In this document: piece by piece, positions 53,101 through 64,000 of the stretch | Numbering within the stretch: the stretch's first letter is position 1 | Layout: each line of letters begins with the position of its first letter | Assembly: GCA_973895155.1 (NCBI GenBank) | Contig: OZ316893.1 | Location: 19,286,857 to 19,350,856 of the forward strand | DNA: 64,000 bases | Direction: 5' to 3' | From: Marsupella aquatica | Taxonomy: Eukaryota > Plantae > Marchantiophyta | The notes under the pieces: model-generated | What the model was told of the DNA's origin: nothing | The model's input: the letters and a program-made list of their open reading frames with translations, nothing else | Databases searched by the model: none | Program-made: the position numbers and the translations under genes

Positions 53101-56100
53101 CGATCGAAGATATCTCACCTTATTATCAGTCTGATTCTCAACCTGGGCTTTCCACTCCTTAAAAATGGCAAAACATCAGACTTATTGTGTAGAAAGTATA
53201 TCCACACATACCTTGAGTAATCGTCTATAAACGTGACATAGTATAACCGTCCAGAATGTGAGGGAGTAGGGGCTGGACCCCACACATCACTATGTAATAC
53301 TCAAGTACCTCCTTGCTGGTGTGAGTTCCAACTCCGAAGGGTTTCCTGTGCTGCTTCCCTAGCACACAGTGCTCACAAAATTCTAACTTACAAGACTGCA
53401 AATTAGAAAGTAATCCTTTCTTCTGAAGAATAACCAAACCTTTTTCACTCATGTGGCCCAAACGGAAGTGCCACAGCCGGGCCGTCTCCTCATGAGATAA
53501 GGTTGCATTGGCTTCATCACTGACTACACTGCCCTCCAAAATGTATAGATTGCAATGCCTCTTTCCCTTCAATACAACTTTAGTACCAGTTGAAACCTGA
53601 AGGACACCATTAGCAGAACTCCACTGATGGCCATTTGCTTCTAAAACTCCAAGTGAAATGAGATTTTTCATCATGCTAGGAATATGACTTACATTCCTCA
53701 ACGTTCTCACAGCACCATCAAACATCTGAAATCTTACAGATCCAAGTCCAACAACTTGACATGGGATTCCATTTCCCATCAACACTGACCCGTTGGAAAC
53801 CGTGTAAGAACTGAAAAAATCTCTCCTAGAGCAAATGTGAAAAGTACATGCACTATCTAGAATCCAGTCATCACTACCTAGATTTGACACTACGTTGAGA
53901 GCATAACCTTGACATCACAATATGTCATCATCATCGAGTAAATCTACCTCATGCAAGCTCGATGTTGCTTTAGCAGAGGCAGTATGGACCTTTATTCGAC
54001 AATCCCTTTTCATGTGGCCTGGCTTGCCACAATTCCAACATGCAAGAGGCTTCCTCTCTTGCGATTTTCCTCTGGATTTAGATCTCCCTAGTGATGTTGA
54101 TCTAAACCTGTTCTGCCCATTCGTGCGCTGCATTGCTCTGCCCCTGTTCACATTGAGCGCAGTGCCAGAAGAAGATGCTGTCTGTGATTGACCCAGCTTC
54201 TTCTGAGCATCATCAGACAGTAAAGAGCTTACCACCTCATTATACGAAATGGACTTCAGATCTCTATACAAGAGCACCTGTTTCAAGCCCTGATATGACG
54301 GCGGTAAGGAGCTTAGCAGAAGCAAGGCCTTATCCTCATCTTCAACTCCTTTTCCTAGGTTTGACAGATCAACCGCTAGACTGTCAAACTCATCCAGGTG
54401 ATCCTGCATCTTGCTCCCTTCCTTGAGCCTGAGGCTCATCAAGAGAGACTTCTTGTACAGTCGGTCTGACGCATCTTCCCGGTAGTACTTCTCTCTTAGA
54501 GCCTTGAACAGTGACGCGCAATCCGCATAATCATCCAACTGCTTGATGATGTGCGGCTTGAGATATAGCATCACTGCATTGACAGCAATCACTTGCTCTT
54601 ATCTCCATTGCCTCACTGAAATCTCCTCCTCTCCATCATACTGCTCTCGCGATGAAAGTAGATGAGCTAAGCCCATGGCCCGTAGAACACCTTTCACTTG
54701 CTTCTCCCAGAGCAAGTAATCAGTACGACCATCGTACTTCTCCACCTCAAACTTTACTCCTCCAAATCTAGCCATCTGTCTCTTCTTCCCAACTACCGAC
54801 AACTCTGGTAGTAAGACAGCTTCCTCCACTACACGTCGCACCGGTGATCGTACCGGTGTTACTAGTTCTTCCTCAAATGGTAGCAGCTCCTCCTCAGACT
54901 CTCCGTCTGATTGTCGTGATCCTGAAGCTCCACCGATGCCAATTCTTCCAGTATCCTCCGAGTCACTCATATGAAACAATCACGAAAAAACGTCTTTTTT
55001 TGAAACTTCTCATAAAACTCAAAACTCAACACCGCCGCGTAGCCCACGAAGCTAGGAGTCCAATACCGAAAGTCGAAATCAAAATCGAAATTCGACGAAA
55101 AAGTTATTCAAATTTCGGTCGGGGTGGGTAAAACCTTGGGAAACTCCCCCGTTTTGACCACCTCGGAGAATAACCAAAATACCAAGTACAACCCGTCGTC
55201 GAAATCGCAATGTGATCGGTGCGCCGCGTTGCTAACTCCAGTGGCAACGTCTTGAAAAGCCATTGTTTCCAACGAGAAAAGTGAACGCCGCCGACGGTGA
55301 ATGTGGCCGAATTTCACCGGCACAGTCTGCAACCTCAGCATAGACTAAACTTTTCGTCGCATCGCCTTCACTCCACGTCAAGTGCCAATCCCGGGCTCAA
55401 AACGACCGCCTCGCCACGATCAAAACGTTGAGCCGTAGCACTTCACGTTTCTTCCATCAAGTCAGACGTCACAAAGAGAAACCCGGTTCAGATGAGAACA
55501 AGCTCCATAGCTTGTGAAAAAACCTGAACGCCTCTTTCACTCGTCACGACACACTCGGTAACAACTCGGCCGCAATTCAACTACCGAAATGACCAGCTCG
55601 CTTCAAGCTTCAACTTGAGCTATAATGTGTGATCTCTCCCGCACCGCACGGCTGACACCGTTGAAAAATATGATCTCTGGTCTCTCCCCCAAAAAGCCGT
55701 CGAACATGAATAAAACCTGAACGACGCAAATTTCAATTCCTCCGCACCACGGATACCGATCAGCGAGTTCTAACCACCGTTAGAAAGCCCTCTCACTAAC
55801 CTATCCGCACAACCACATACATTTGAGTTTCATGCGATGAAACTCCGAATGTACCATCGACAATGAACGCTGGAAAAACCTGTCACGAAAAAACCTCGTC
55901 ACCTCCCAGGCATGCTCTGATACCACTTGTTGAGCATAGACGACATTCATAACGGCAAGCCCAAGAACCATCCAACACACAATAGTCGACACAGAGAGAT
56001 ACGTGGTTCACCTCCACATGAGGCTACGTCCACGGGAACACACAAGAGCTTTACTGCACTCTAGGCTGACCGGCCATACCAAGCATCCACAACACAAGCT

Positions 56101-56271
56101 CTCCTTATCTCTCAACTAGCTCCATAACAATGAGCCTAAGTTCCACCAGGGTTTGGCATCAGCCCTGGCTAAATGCACAATAGCACTACCGCTAACATTA
56201 GCTAAGTCCTAACCCGAGTTAGACTAACTGTGGTTAGCTCAAGAGTCACAAGACTAGAGCAATATCTAACA
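50146..56271 (-). mobile_element. Full-length Ty1/copia LTR retrotransposon (Tork/Tnt1-like)
   Basis: 344-bp LTRs 55928-56271 and 50146-50489 (TG...CA; 7 mismatches counted by eye, 6 transitions); TSD TGGGT (50141-50145, 56272-56276); PBS TGGTATCAGAGC (tRNA-iMet, minus strand, 55914-55925); PPT AAGGGGGAGTT (50490-50500). Confidence 0.97.
50697..54979 (-). pseudogene. Copia gag-pol (Gag, CCHC, protease, GAG-pre-integrase, integrase, RT, RNase H), disrupted
   Basis: KFEVEKYDGR, CWNCGKPGHMKRDC, WILDSACTFH, LWHFRLGHMS...CEHC, LRSDNGGEY, PQQNGVSER, KARLVAKGF, QMDVVTAFL, YGLKQSPR, YVDDMLI, GYVDSDY, KHIDIRY; several in-frame stops and frameshifts. Confidence 0.95.
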
Positions 56272-58747
56272 TGGGTGACAGAGGAGGAGCTCAGTAGGCA
56301 ATTAAGAAGTACCCGCCTAATTGGGAACACAAAATTTACCAGATTCTACAACAAACTTTGCCAGAACACTATCACTAACATTGGATTACAGGAGTGCACT
56401 GGCTGGCACTGGGATTGGAGTGGACAGAATAGAGTATGGAACTTCCCCACTCGGATTTGGAGTCAATATTCCAGGCCAACAACTGTTGATGTGACTCAAC
56501 TGAATCGTAGATGGGGACAAACCAGCACCCCTAGAGGCTGAAATCTTTACCGGAAGAAAACATGGGGAGGTTGGTCCTTCCCCAAGGTGAGATTCTTCGT
56601 GTGGAGATTGCTGAACCATGGATTCTTTATGAATGGTAGGGCGAGCCACGAGGAGGTTTATGACGGTATTTGCACTAGGTGCAAGAGTCATTTTGAGCAC
56701 ATGGAACATATGTTTTTCAGTTGTAGGACCGTCACAGCTAGATGGAGAGAGGTCCAACAGATGGTGCAGCAGGTAGATGCCCTCAAGATGCCGCAAGGTA
56801 CTTTGTACAAAACAATTACAATTGCCTTAAAGATGCACAAAAGGTAACCCGGACCTGTGGTCATCCTCATGGACATGTGCTTGAGCATTTGGAAGGAGAG
56901 GAATGCTGCCACCTACTCTCGGTTCTCAGGGCGCCCTCCTGGATGGGTTGTGCTGAGGAACACCAAAACGCATCTACGCACCATGATGAATGTCTGCCAG
57001 TCAGAGAGAAAATGGAAACAGCTCAGGGGTGCACTGGCTCAACTCCAGGTTAATATGCTGAAGCCTTGGGAGACTATCGACAACCCTATTGCCATGAACT
57101 CTGATGAAGATGAAGAATAAGCACCACAGGGATCGGGAGAGGAAGGATGGTACTGGTCAGGACCACTGCACTGATCTCGACAAGGAGAAGCACATCGACT
57201 CTGTCTCGCGTCACCAGCCATGGTCAAGGAATTGTAGCAACTGTAGCACTCCTAGTAGCAGGATGAGACCCCATAGGAGCAGACTTAAGGACCCTGAGAA
57301 CACGAATGTAATGAATAGGGTGGAAATTTTTAGGAGCATCGAGGATTGGGTGGGGATTTTGCCTTCCAAACTTTTCTTTGGTCGCAATTTCAGGTGGTGG
57401 TACGGGGTTCCCTGGCGATTAGGGTTGTTTATGTGGCTAGTGTGGTCCAGGGTGCTGGGCCCCTTTTGTTTTCCCTGCTCGGGTGGTTGTTGCCCCCCTG
57501 CCTGTTATCGATGGGTCCCCGCTCCCCCCTTTCTCAAAAAACCAAAAAGAAAAAAGTAGAAAGGTTAAAAAACAGAAAAGTTATAAACTACCAAATCAGA
57601 ATCCACAACTTTTTGCCAAAAAGAATGGTCATATGCCATGACCATAAGTCAATGTAGAAACTAGTGGAGAGAAAGCTAAAATGCGTTTACCTAACCCTGT
57701 GAAAAAGCTACTGCCAAAAGTCATCATAGTGTATGAAGCTTTGAGACACCCTATTTGACCATTTCTTTTTTATTACCCTAGACATGGACTTATGGTATGG
57801 CAATAATAATTTCTTTATGGCAAAACATGTGCATTTGCTACTCCACAACCATTTTTTGTCTCAACCATATTACCCTAGTAATTAAAAGGCACGTCACCTG
57901 ACCCTAGTAGTTAGGCACATATATATCAAAGTGTCCAAAAATATAAATACCAAACCCTGAGACATGGTCCTGAAAGCAAAGTAACCCAATAAAGGTGAGG
58001 GAAAATGGCCGCAAGAAAACCAAAAGGGGTCAAATACGTGAAAAAGTCCCCCCCCCCCCCCAAACAACCAAGGGAACAAAAAACCCCCAAACCAAGGAAC
58101 ACAAGCAGAAGAGAGCCCAAATGACCAACATCCTACTGGGCCTCAAATTTAAATGCCTGGTAAAGCTCTGGAGTACACCGCATAAGAGAGTCACTTAGCG
58201 AAATCTATCTGGAGACCCTAAAACCAAAGGCCTCAGCTCTACACAGGATAGTGAAAACCTATATAACGTAGGCCCCCTGAAGGACAACTGACATCCTCTT
58301 GCGGAAGAGGGCACACCGTCTGGCAGGCGAGGGCACATCCAGTATTTGATATTTGAGACCCGTATTGGTCTACACGCGATTTGGATTCCCAATTGGTTTC
58401 CAGTCAACAATTACGCAGAGTAGTGTAGTGGTTCGCGCCGATGCCAGAGCAGTGAGCTTCCCGACCAATTGAGTGTGGGCCAGAGCATCGATTTTGAAAT
58501 ATGTCTTCGCGCGTTTTTGCCCTCTTCCCCCCTTCGATTCTCCCAAGCAGCAATAGCTGCGAGCTGAGAGCAGCTGTACAGTCTACGAACACAGTCCACA
58601 GTGGACAGTCCCCTCTCGCGATGCGGTATTCCCGTCGAATGCTCGAACATCTAGTCTGACTCATCAATCCAGAGCGGAAGAGAGGGGCCCCCGGCCGTTT
58701 GGTTTTCCGAGCGTGATTCCGTAGCTTGAAATCGGGGAGTGTGTGTG

Positions 58748-58764
58748 TGGGCCCATCGATGGGC
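58748..58764. promoter_or_regulatory. Site II-like (TGGGCY) palindromic element, putative promoter region of the downstream gene
   Basis: TGGGCCCATCGATGGGC contains TGGGCC and the perfect palindrome GCCCATCGATGGGC; followed by a CT-rich tract (58810-58930) typical of plant 5' UTR starts. Confidence 0.3.
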
Positions 58765-60159
58765 TTTGATGAGGGTTTTCATGAGGCAGGGTTTTGAAAT
58801 CTGAAATCTGCCTGCTCCCTCGTTTTTTCTCCTTCGTCTTGACTCTCCTCTGCGCAGGCTTTCGCTTTCCTCCTTTCTCGATCCTCTCTCACGGAGCAGC
58901 TCCCGTCTGCCTTTTCTTGACGTAAGCTTTCTCTGCTTGAAAAAGTGCTACTATAGGTTATGATGATGTAGATGCCATGTTTGTCCACGTCAACCGCAAT
59001 TAGAAAGTGATAACTGTGAATGCTTATTACCGAGCGGGTCTCCGAATCTTGTCGAGGTTGTCTCTGGAGAAGTGGAGATGAATTTTGGACGCTATTTTTA
59101 CAGTCTTTCTCTGAACGCTTGAGTAGAAGTGACTGACGAATTCTAGACGTGCTACGGCAGTGCGGCTGCTGCCTGGCTGCTTTGAGTGCCCGATGAGTGG
59201 CTCAATGCCTGGGTGCCTGCAAGCCTGAATCTCTGAGTGACACAGAATCCAGAAAGGAACCTACTGTAGATCGGTCACGTATGCTACAGTAGAGGATTTT
59301 ATGCTGCGTCGATCCTTGTGCGACAAGGGTCGCTTTGCCAGTTTGCCTGGGCTGTTTTCGTGCGGGTATTGTACTTGCCTGGTCGACGGGGTGGGCTAGT
59401 AGTACTCTACGAGGTGAGAGCGCTGGAGCAAGGCCATTGAGTGAAGGAGTCTGCGAGAGTCAGAGGGATAGGGTGAAGCCTCGGATACCCGGTTGAGAAA
59501 TCCTCTTCTGCTCTGCCTGCCATGCCGTTTCTTCTGTTGAGAGAGAGAGAGAGAGGAGGACATGCATGGCTCGCAGTACTGCAGCAGGCCCTGGGAGGGC
59601 TTGACTTGTCTGCCGCGGACATAATTGTGTCTATACGGTACAGCTGAGCTGCTGCTTTGGAGGGATACTGTGGTACTAGCCACTGTGCAAGGCCGTCACG
59701 AGGGGGGCCTACTGTAGAAAGGAAAGGACCCAAAGCGTTTAGGGGCCACTACCGTGTTTCTCGTGTTCCTCCACGAACGTGTACAACAGGTGTACTGGTA
59801 TGATGCACCTCAACCGTAGGTTTGTAATGAATTGGATCGGATACGGCAGTGTGGTACGAAGATTGCAGGCAGTACTGTAGCTATTGAGTGATTAACTCCA
59901 CCCAGTAACTGGATTTGAATGCCTTGGTGGCTTGGTGGCTAGCGGGACGTTGTGATTCAGTCTCTTTCCTGGATGGGACTTCCGTCGTGACTGGAGTGCT
60001 GAAGGAGCAGCTTGGTGGGAGGACTCCTAATACCTCAACCGTAGTGTTTCTTGTCACTAAATTCGGCAAAGGAGTGAATGAGGTAGGGTCCCTACTAAGG
60101 GGTTGCAATCTTCGAGGTAGATCATGATCGTTCACAAAGGGAGGACTGTACTGGCGTAG

Positions 60160-60210
60160 CAGGGAGGGAGAGAGGGAGAGAGAGAGAGAGAGGGAGGGAG
60201 GAGGAAGGGA
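60160..60210. repeat. GA-rich microsatellite tract (second (GA)n run at ~59539-59555)
   Basis: AGGGAGGGAGAGAGGGAGAGAGAGAGAGAGAGGGAGGGAGGAGGAAGGGA. Confidence 0.8.
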
Positions 60211-61670
60211 GCGAGAGCTTTGCTGCTATCTGAAATCCTTCTACAATGGTTTGGATCCATTGGGAACCTGCGCGTGAAGTCTTTCTGTCAGGTACCGGTA
60301 TTGGTATCAGGGGGCAGCAAGAGGCGGAGGACTGCGCTGCTGCTGTTGCTATCAAGTATCTAGGCAAGTAGTTAGAGGACGGAGCCTCGAGGCGTCCTAG
60401 GTTTTCCTCGTTGGCTGGCTTTGCGTTTTCTCTATGCGGCCAAAGAACATGATGCTGTGGTATACCACTGGCGTCGTTCACTGTTTCCGTTTGGCGAGGA
60501 GGTAACTTATTGTACAGGGCTGGGTGTTTGGTGGCCGAGTTCTGCTGTAGCTGCGTTTACGCGAGCTGATTGAAGGAGGAGTCCGTCCAGCACCCCAGCT
60601 CGATTTAGTGCTTCAGGGGGATTATTGTCGAGGCGGAACTCATTGCGGTGCTCACTGAGCGTTCCGTGAAACAGAGCTCTCCTCTCAAACGGACGGAGGT
60701 TCATTTCATTGCGTCGTTGCAGGTACGTAGCAGCAGAGATTGCATGGCAGCCGCTTTCTCACTTGTTTGCCGCAGTCCTGACGTTCGGGCCCTCTCTGGA
60801 GAATGAAAGGGCGGTCGTGCAGTGAGTGAGCAACAAGAATATGAACTACTACTAAGTTGAAGTGACATGTGTTTGAGAGGCTACAATAGTTTGCAGGACA
60901 TTATTTCATGTTGTGAATCTGGTGAATTTTAATATGTTATAATCCCACACTATAGCGTTGCAGTATTGCCAGCAGGATCTGATTTTGCAAGAGGACCTTC
61001 CCGTTGCTTCTCTGTGCTCAGGAGGTTTGTTGCCATTTCGTCCGAAAATTCTCATGTGGGCTTACAGCAGTCGCGATTTCTTTTTTATTCCGAGCTGAAG
61101 GAGCGATCCCAAACGTAAGAAGGCGGGGTTGCTGGGAGCACTTAGTACAACAATGGGGCGATGTTTTCTTCTCTGATTGATCTGTCCGGTCATTCCGAGA
61201 GACCATGTGCTAAAATGTACATTTTACATCCATCACTGGCGAATGATGGGACACTTCTGTGACCTTTTGGATGTGACAGTGTGTCTTTCACCAGCGTAAA
61301 TACCAGTATACTCATGACGCACTATAAACGAGTTTAAGGCACGCGAAACACGAGGAAAGTTCGCAGCAGGAGGCAGTTAAGTAAGCAGGTCTGTCTGCTG
61401 CTATATTGCGTTCCAATCAAAGGTTGAGGGCTCTGTGTTAGAATCCAAGTGTTGGAGACATAGGACAAGCTCAGAAGCTCAAGCAGTTTTTCATTTTTCC
61501 GAGGTGATTATCTTCCGCTGGGCCTCGCTCGCAAGCTCCATCGACAGTCTACCCAGTGACATTGAGATATAGTTCCATGTAGGGGGAGGAGACGGTGGAT
61601 AACATCAGAACACCACTGGTCAAGGATAAGAAGGGCATTGTCATCGTCCAAAGTTGTAGAAGAGGGGAAG

Positions 61671-64000
61671 ATGCCTCCTCTTCGCAAAAAGGGCCGTGGA
61701 GGAGGGGGCGGCAAGACGGAGGCACCCCTTCCTGGTGAAATCCCTGGAACATCCCCATCTGTATCAGCGAGCCTGGTGAGGAAGGAGCGGGAGAAAAGGG
61801 TCACTTCCACGGCAGCAACTGCAACAACTTCCAGCCAAGGTGTCGAGAATCTGGGGGTTTTTGTGTCAAGGAGCTTTCAGAAAGAGAAGAGTGAGAAGAA
61901 GCTGTTGGAGGCCTCTCGGACTTCCCTGAGCTTGACTTCTGGGACGTTTCAGAAATCGCTGAAGTCCCGGAGAGATAATGCCAGTAGCACGGATAGCACC
62001 CCGAGAGTTGTTACAGACGCCCTTCCCAGACGAGACGAGAGGGAGAAGAGATTATCTTCGTCCAATCCTGCTGGCTACCGCTCCAGCAGTGCAACCCGAG
62101 CTACCAGGGAGGAACCACCTGTTTGCAGAAGCTCGTGCAGGGAGTTCGGCGAGGAGAAAATTTTGTACAGGAGGTCCCTCAGAGCCGGGAGTAGTGAGCG
62201 TAAAGTAGTAGCGGGTCGTAGAGATGAAAAATCAGCTGAGTACTCCACCAGGTACAGCACCATTTACCCCAGCATTGCATCGTCCTCTGGGCTGGGGAAG
62301 GGAGCTAGAGACTCTCCATCAATTGATAGGACAGCCCTCAAGTCCGGTATTTCACAACGTTTGGAGCGGCTAGGAGGGGATGCGGACCTGAACAGTCATC
62401 TTGTCAAGGCTTCTCCCCTTTCTCCTGCTCTGTTGAGGAAGTCACCTCGTTCAGCGACAGCTGCTGTTGCTATTTCTGAGGCGTTGAATGTGAATCCCAC
62501 CAAATCTGCTGCCACCTCGCCGGTGATCAGTCTTCCGGTCAAATCTAGCTGTAAGTGTGGCGCATTTCGCACTAGCTCGGACAATTCACCAGGATTAGTG
62601 GGACTGACAGTGGATGACAGGCGCCGAGGTCAATCACCTTTAGGCAATGGGGAGTCGAGAGAGCGAAGGTCCTCTCGGGAGGTGGTGGAAGGGAATCAAC
62701 AAGGGACTCCTTCCCTTCGAACCGGTAGCAGTGGCAGTAAAAGCACTACTCCCACCTTTCTCCAGGGAAGGCTTGCTCATCTGGAAGGGAGAGTGACCCA
62801 GATAGCTGCTGAGCTGAAAGCAACCAAGGACCTCCTGGATGCTAATAATCCTGCGTGCTCCAAGGCCGTGTTGACAGACATTCAACTGAAGATCTCCGGC
62901 ATTGAGAAAGCCATCAATTACAGGCTTGCGAGAGAATGTGGTCTGATGGACCAATTCGAGGCAGAGCAGCTCAAAGGAGCGTATATTCAGGCAAACGATG
63001 CTGTTCCTTGTATACAATTATTGCCTTCCGAAGCCCAGCGAAGGACTACAGGAGCAAAGGTGATTAAACCTCTGACCAGCAGCAGCAGTGAGATTGTTCC
63101 CCATGGACAGGGAATGTTCGGCAAGGCGTATAAGGCTGAGCAGAAATCCAGAGCCCTGACGAGGAGCAGCGGTCCAGCAGCTCATGATCGGAGTAGATCA
63201 ATGACCCCTTCACAACATTTCGCAAACATGGCGTCGTTAGATCATGCTCCCACCAGGACGTCCAGGGACCGTCAACTTCCTCTTTCCCAGTATCTAGATC
63301 AAAGCCTCTATGCAGCACAAGAAGTGGGAGGCTCTGCCCCATCCAGTCAAGTCAAGCCGGTTTCCGATTATGATGATTTTGAGGAAAGGCTGTTCCCTCA
63401 CCAGAAACTTCTCCGGAGCAGGCCTGCTGTTCACCAGAAGCTCATGGACAACAGGGCTGCATTGCACCAAAAGCTGATGGAGAACAGCGTCCTTCTGAGG
63501 AATAAGTTGGCTGCTCTGGAGGAGCGAGATGGGGTGAATTGTGGAGGAGCTTTCGATGATTCAGATGGGGCAGCGGAGTTCATCACCTCCTTGAAACAGC
63601 AGCATTCTTACATCGGGTCGAAACTGGAGAGAGATTTCGAAAGAGGCAAGCCATTCAAGGGCGATTCTCGTTCATCCAGAAGGTCCCCCTTGCAGCATAT
63701 CTCTTCCGTGGGATTGATCGATGTGGGAGACTCGATTCCTCACTCGGGCTCCAATGGGATTTTTGAATATGATGGAGAAATTGTTCCCAACGTCCTCACC
63801 AGGGAGAGGAGAACCTCCAGGGAAGGCAGAAGGTCATCAGGATCCAGAAAAAGCTTCTCAGGGACGTCAGCGGAACTGAAGGGTGAGCTACCCTTTCACC
63901 CCTTGGAGAAGGTTTTAGCCTCGGGCGGCAGGCACGAACGCAGAAGGAGAAGTTCCGAAAAGAGGAAAAGTATCTCCACCTCCCCTGAGCTCATTCAGTC
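61671..64000 (+). CDS. KIN14B-interacting protein At4g14310-like (coiled-coil N-terminus; WD40-like region expected beyond the window), partial
   Basis: Long open frame from ATG 61671 (in-frame TGA upstream at 61563), absent from the ORF track, consistent with no stop before the window end; contains LQGRLAHLEGRVTQIAAELKATKDLLDANNPACSKAVLTDIQLKISGIEKAI and DFEERLFPHQKLLRSR, resembling At4g14310 blocks recalled as LHEKLAFLEGKVKKIASDIK.TK.MLD.NNPD.SK...DIQ.KI.GIEK and LE.RL.PH..LLR.R. Confidence 0.82.
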   Translation, partial: MPPLRKKGRGGGGGKTEAPLPGEIPGTSPSVSASLVRKEREKRVTSTAATATTSSQGVENLGVFVSRSFQKEKSEKKLLEASRTSLSLTSGTFQKSLKSRRDNASSTDSTPRVVTDALPRRDEREKRLSSSNPAGYRSSSATRATREEPPVCRSSCREFGEEKILYRRSLRAGSSERKVVAGRRDEKSAEYSTRYSTIYPSIASSSGLGKGARDSPSIDRTALKSGISQRLERLGGDADLNSHLVKASPLSPALLRKSPRSATAAVAISEALNVNPTKSAATSPVISLPVKSSCKCGAFRTSSDNSPGLVGLTVDDRRRGQSPLGNGESRERRSSREVVEGNQQGTPSLRTGSSGSKSTTPTFLQGRLAHLEGRVTQIAAELKATKDLLDANNPACSKAVLTDIQLKISGIEKAINYRLARECGLMDQFEAEQLKGAYIQANDAVPCIQLLPSEAQRRTTGAKVIKPLTSSSSEIVPHGQGMFGKAYKAEQKSRALTRSSGPAAHDRSRSMTPSQHFANMASLDHAPTRTSRDRQLPLSQYLDQSLYAAQEVGGSAPSSQVKPVSDYDDFEERLFPHQKLLRSRPAVHQKLMDNRAALHQKLMENSVLLRNKLAALEERDGVNCGGAFDDSDGAAEFITSLKQQHSYIGSKLERDFERGKPFKGDSRSSRRSPLQHISSVGLIDVGDSIPHSGSNGIFEYDGEIVPNVLTRERRTSREGRRSSGSRKSFSGTSAELKGELPFHPLEKVLASGGRHERRRRSSEKRKSISTSPELIQ

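Larger units (their letters stand above)
47926..57554 (+). mobile_element. 5'-truncated L1-type LINE interrupted by a Ty1/copia element
   Basis: 15-bp TSD AGTAGAAAGGTTAAA (47911-47925, 57555-57569); RT motifs KSPGID, WRPLTML, LKLDFAKAYDRV, GVRQGCP, FVDD; zf-RVT-like CTRC...EHMEHMFFSC (~56670-56725); C-rich then A-rich 3' tail; multiple stops. Confidence 0.93.

Noticed and set aside
58958-59240. Possible C/D-box snoRNA (ATGATGA...CCGA/CTGA)
   Set aside because: No convincing terminal stem or 10-nt-plus rRNA/snRNA antisense element could be identified by eye.

Overview
Eukaryotic genomic DNA from a land plant, probably a non-seed plant such as a bryophyte or lycophyte (inferred from an ABP1 lacking KDEL and the TE content). 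Host genes, all on +: an 82-aa SMIM8/DUF4500-like ORF (8151-8399) that ends 51 nt before the 5-exon auxin-binding protein 1 gene (8451-10255); an 8-exon CTNNBL1 (14794-18261); a 10-exon organellar cysteine synthase (23660-27129); and the start of a KIN14B-interacting At4g14310-like gene (61671 to window end). The rest is mostly nested mobile DNA: a decayed L1-type LINE split by a 1.49-kb solo LTR; a full-length chromodomain Ty3/gypsy (30712-39648) with non-canonical AGT...ACT termini and a 286-bp TIR element in its protease; a second LINE (15-bp TSD) split by a complete Ty1/copia; two ~295-bp solo LTRs; a Bianca-like relic; and several tandem arrays. Best candidates for novelty: (1) the SMIM8-like ORF appears to lie wholly within a predicted 5'-UTR intron of ABP1, with its stop codon overlapping the branch point, suggesting one transcription unit switched by splicing versus retention; (2) a plant chromovirus family with AGT...ACT ends, supported by two independent TSD-bounded insertions. 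All homology calls are from motif recognition by eye; no searches were run.
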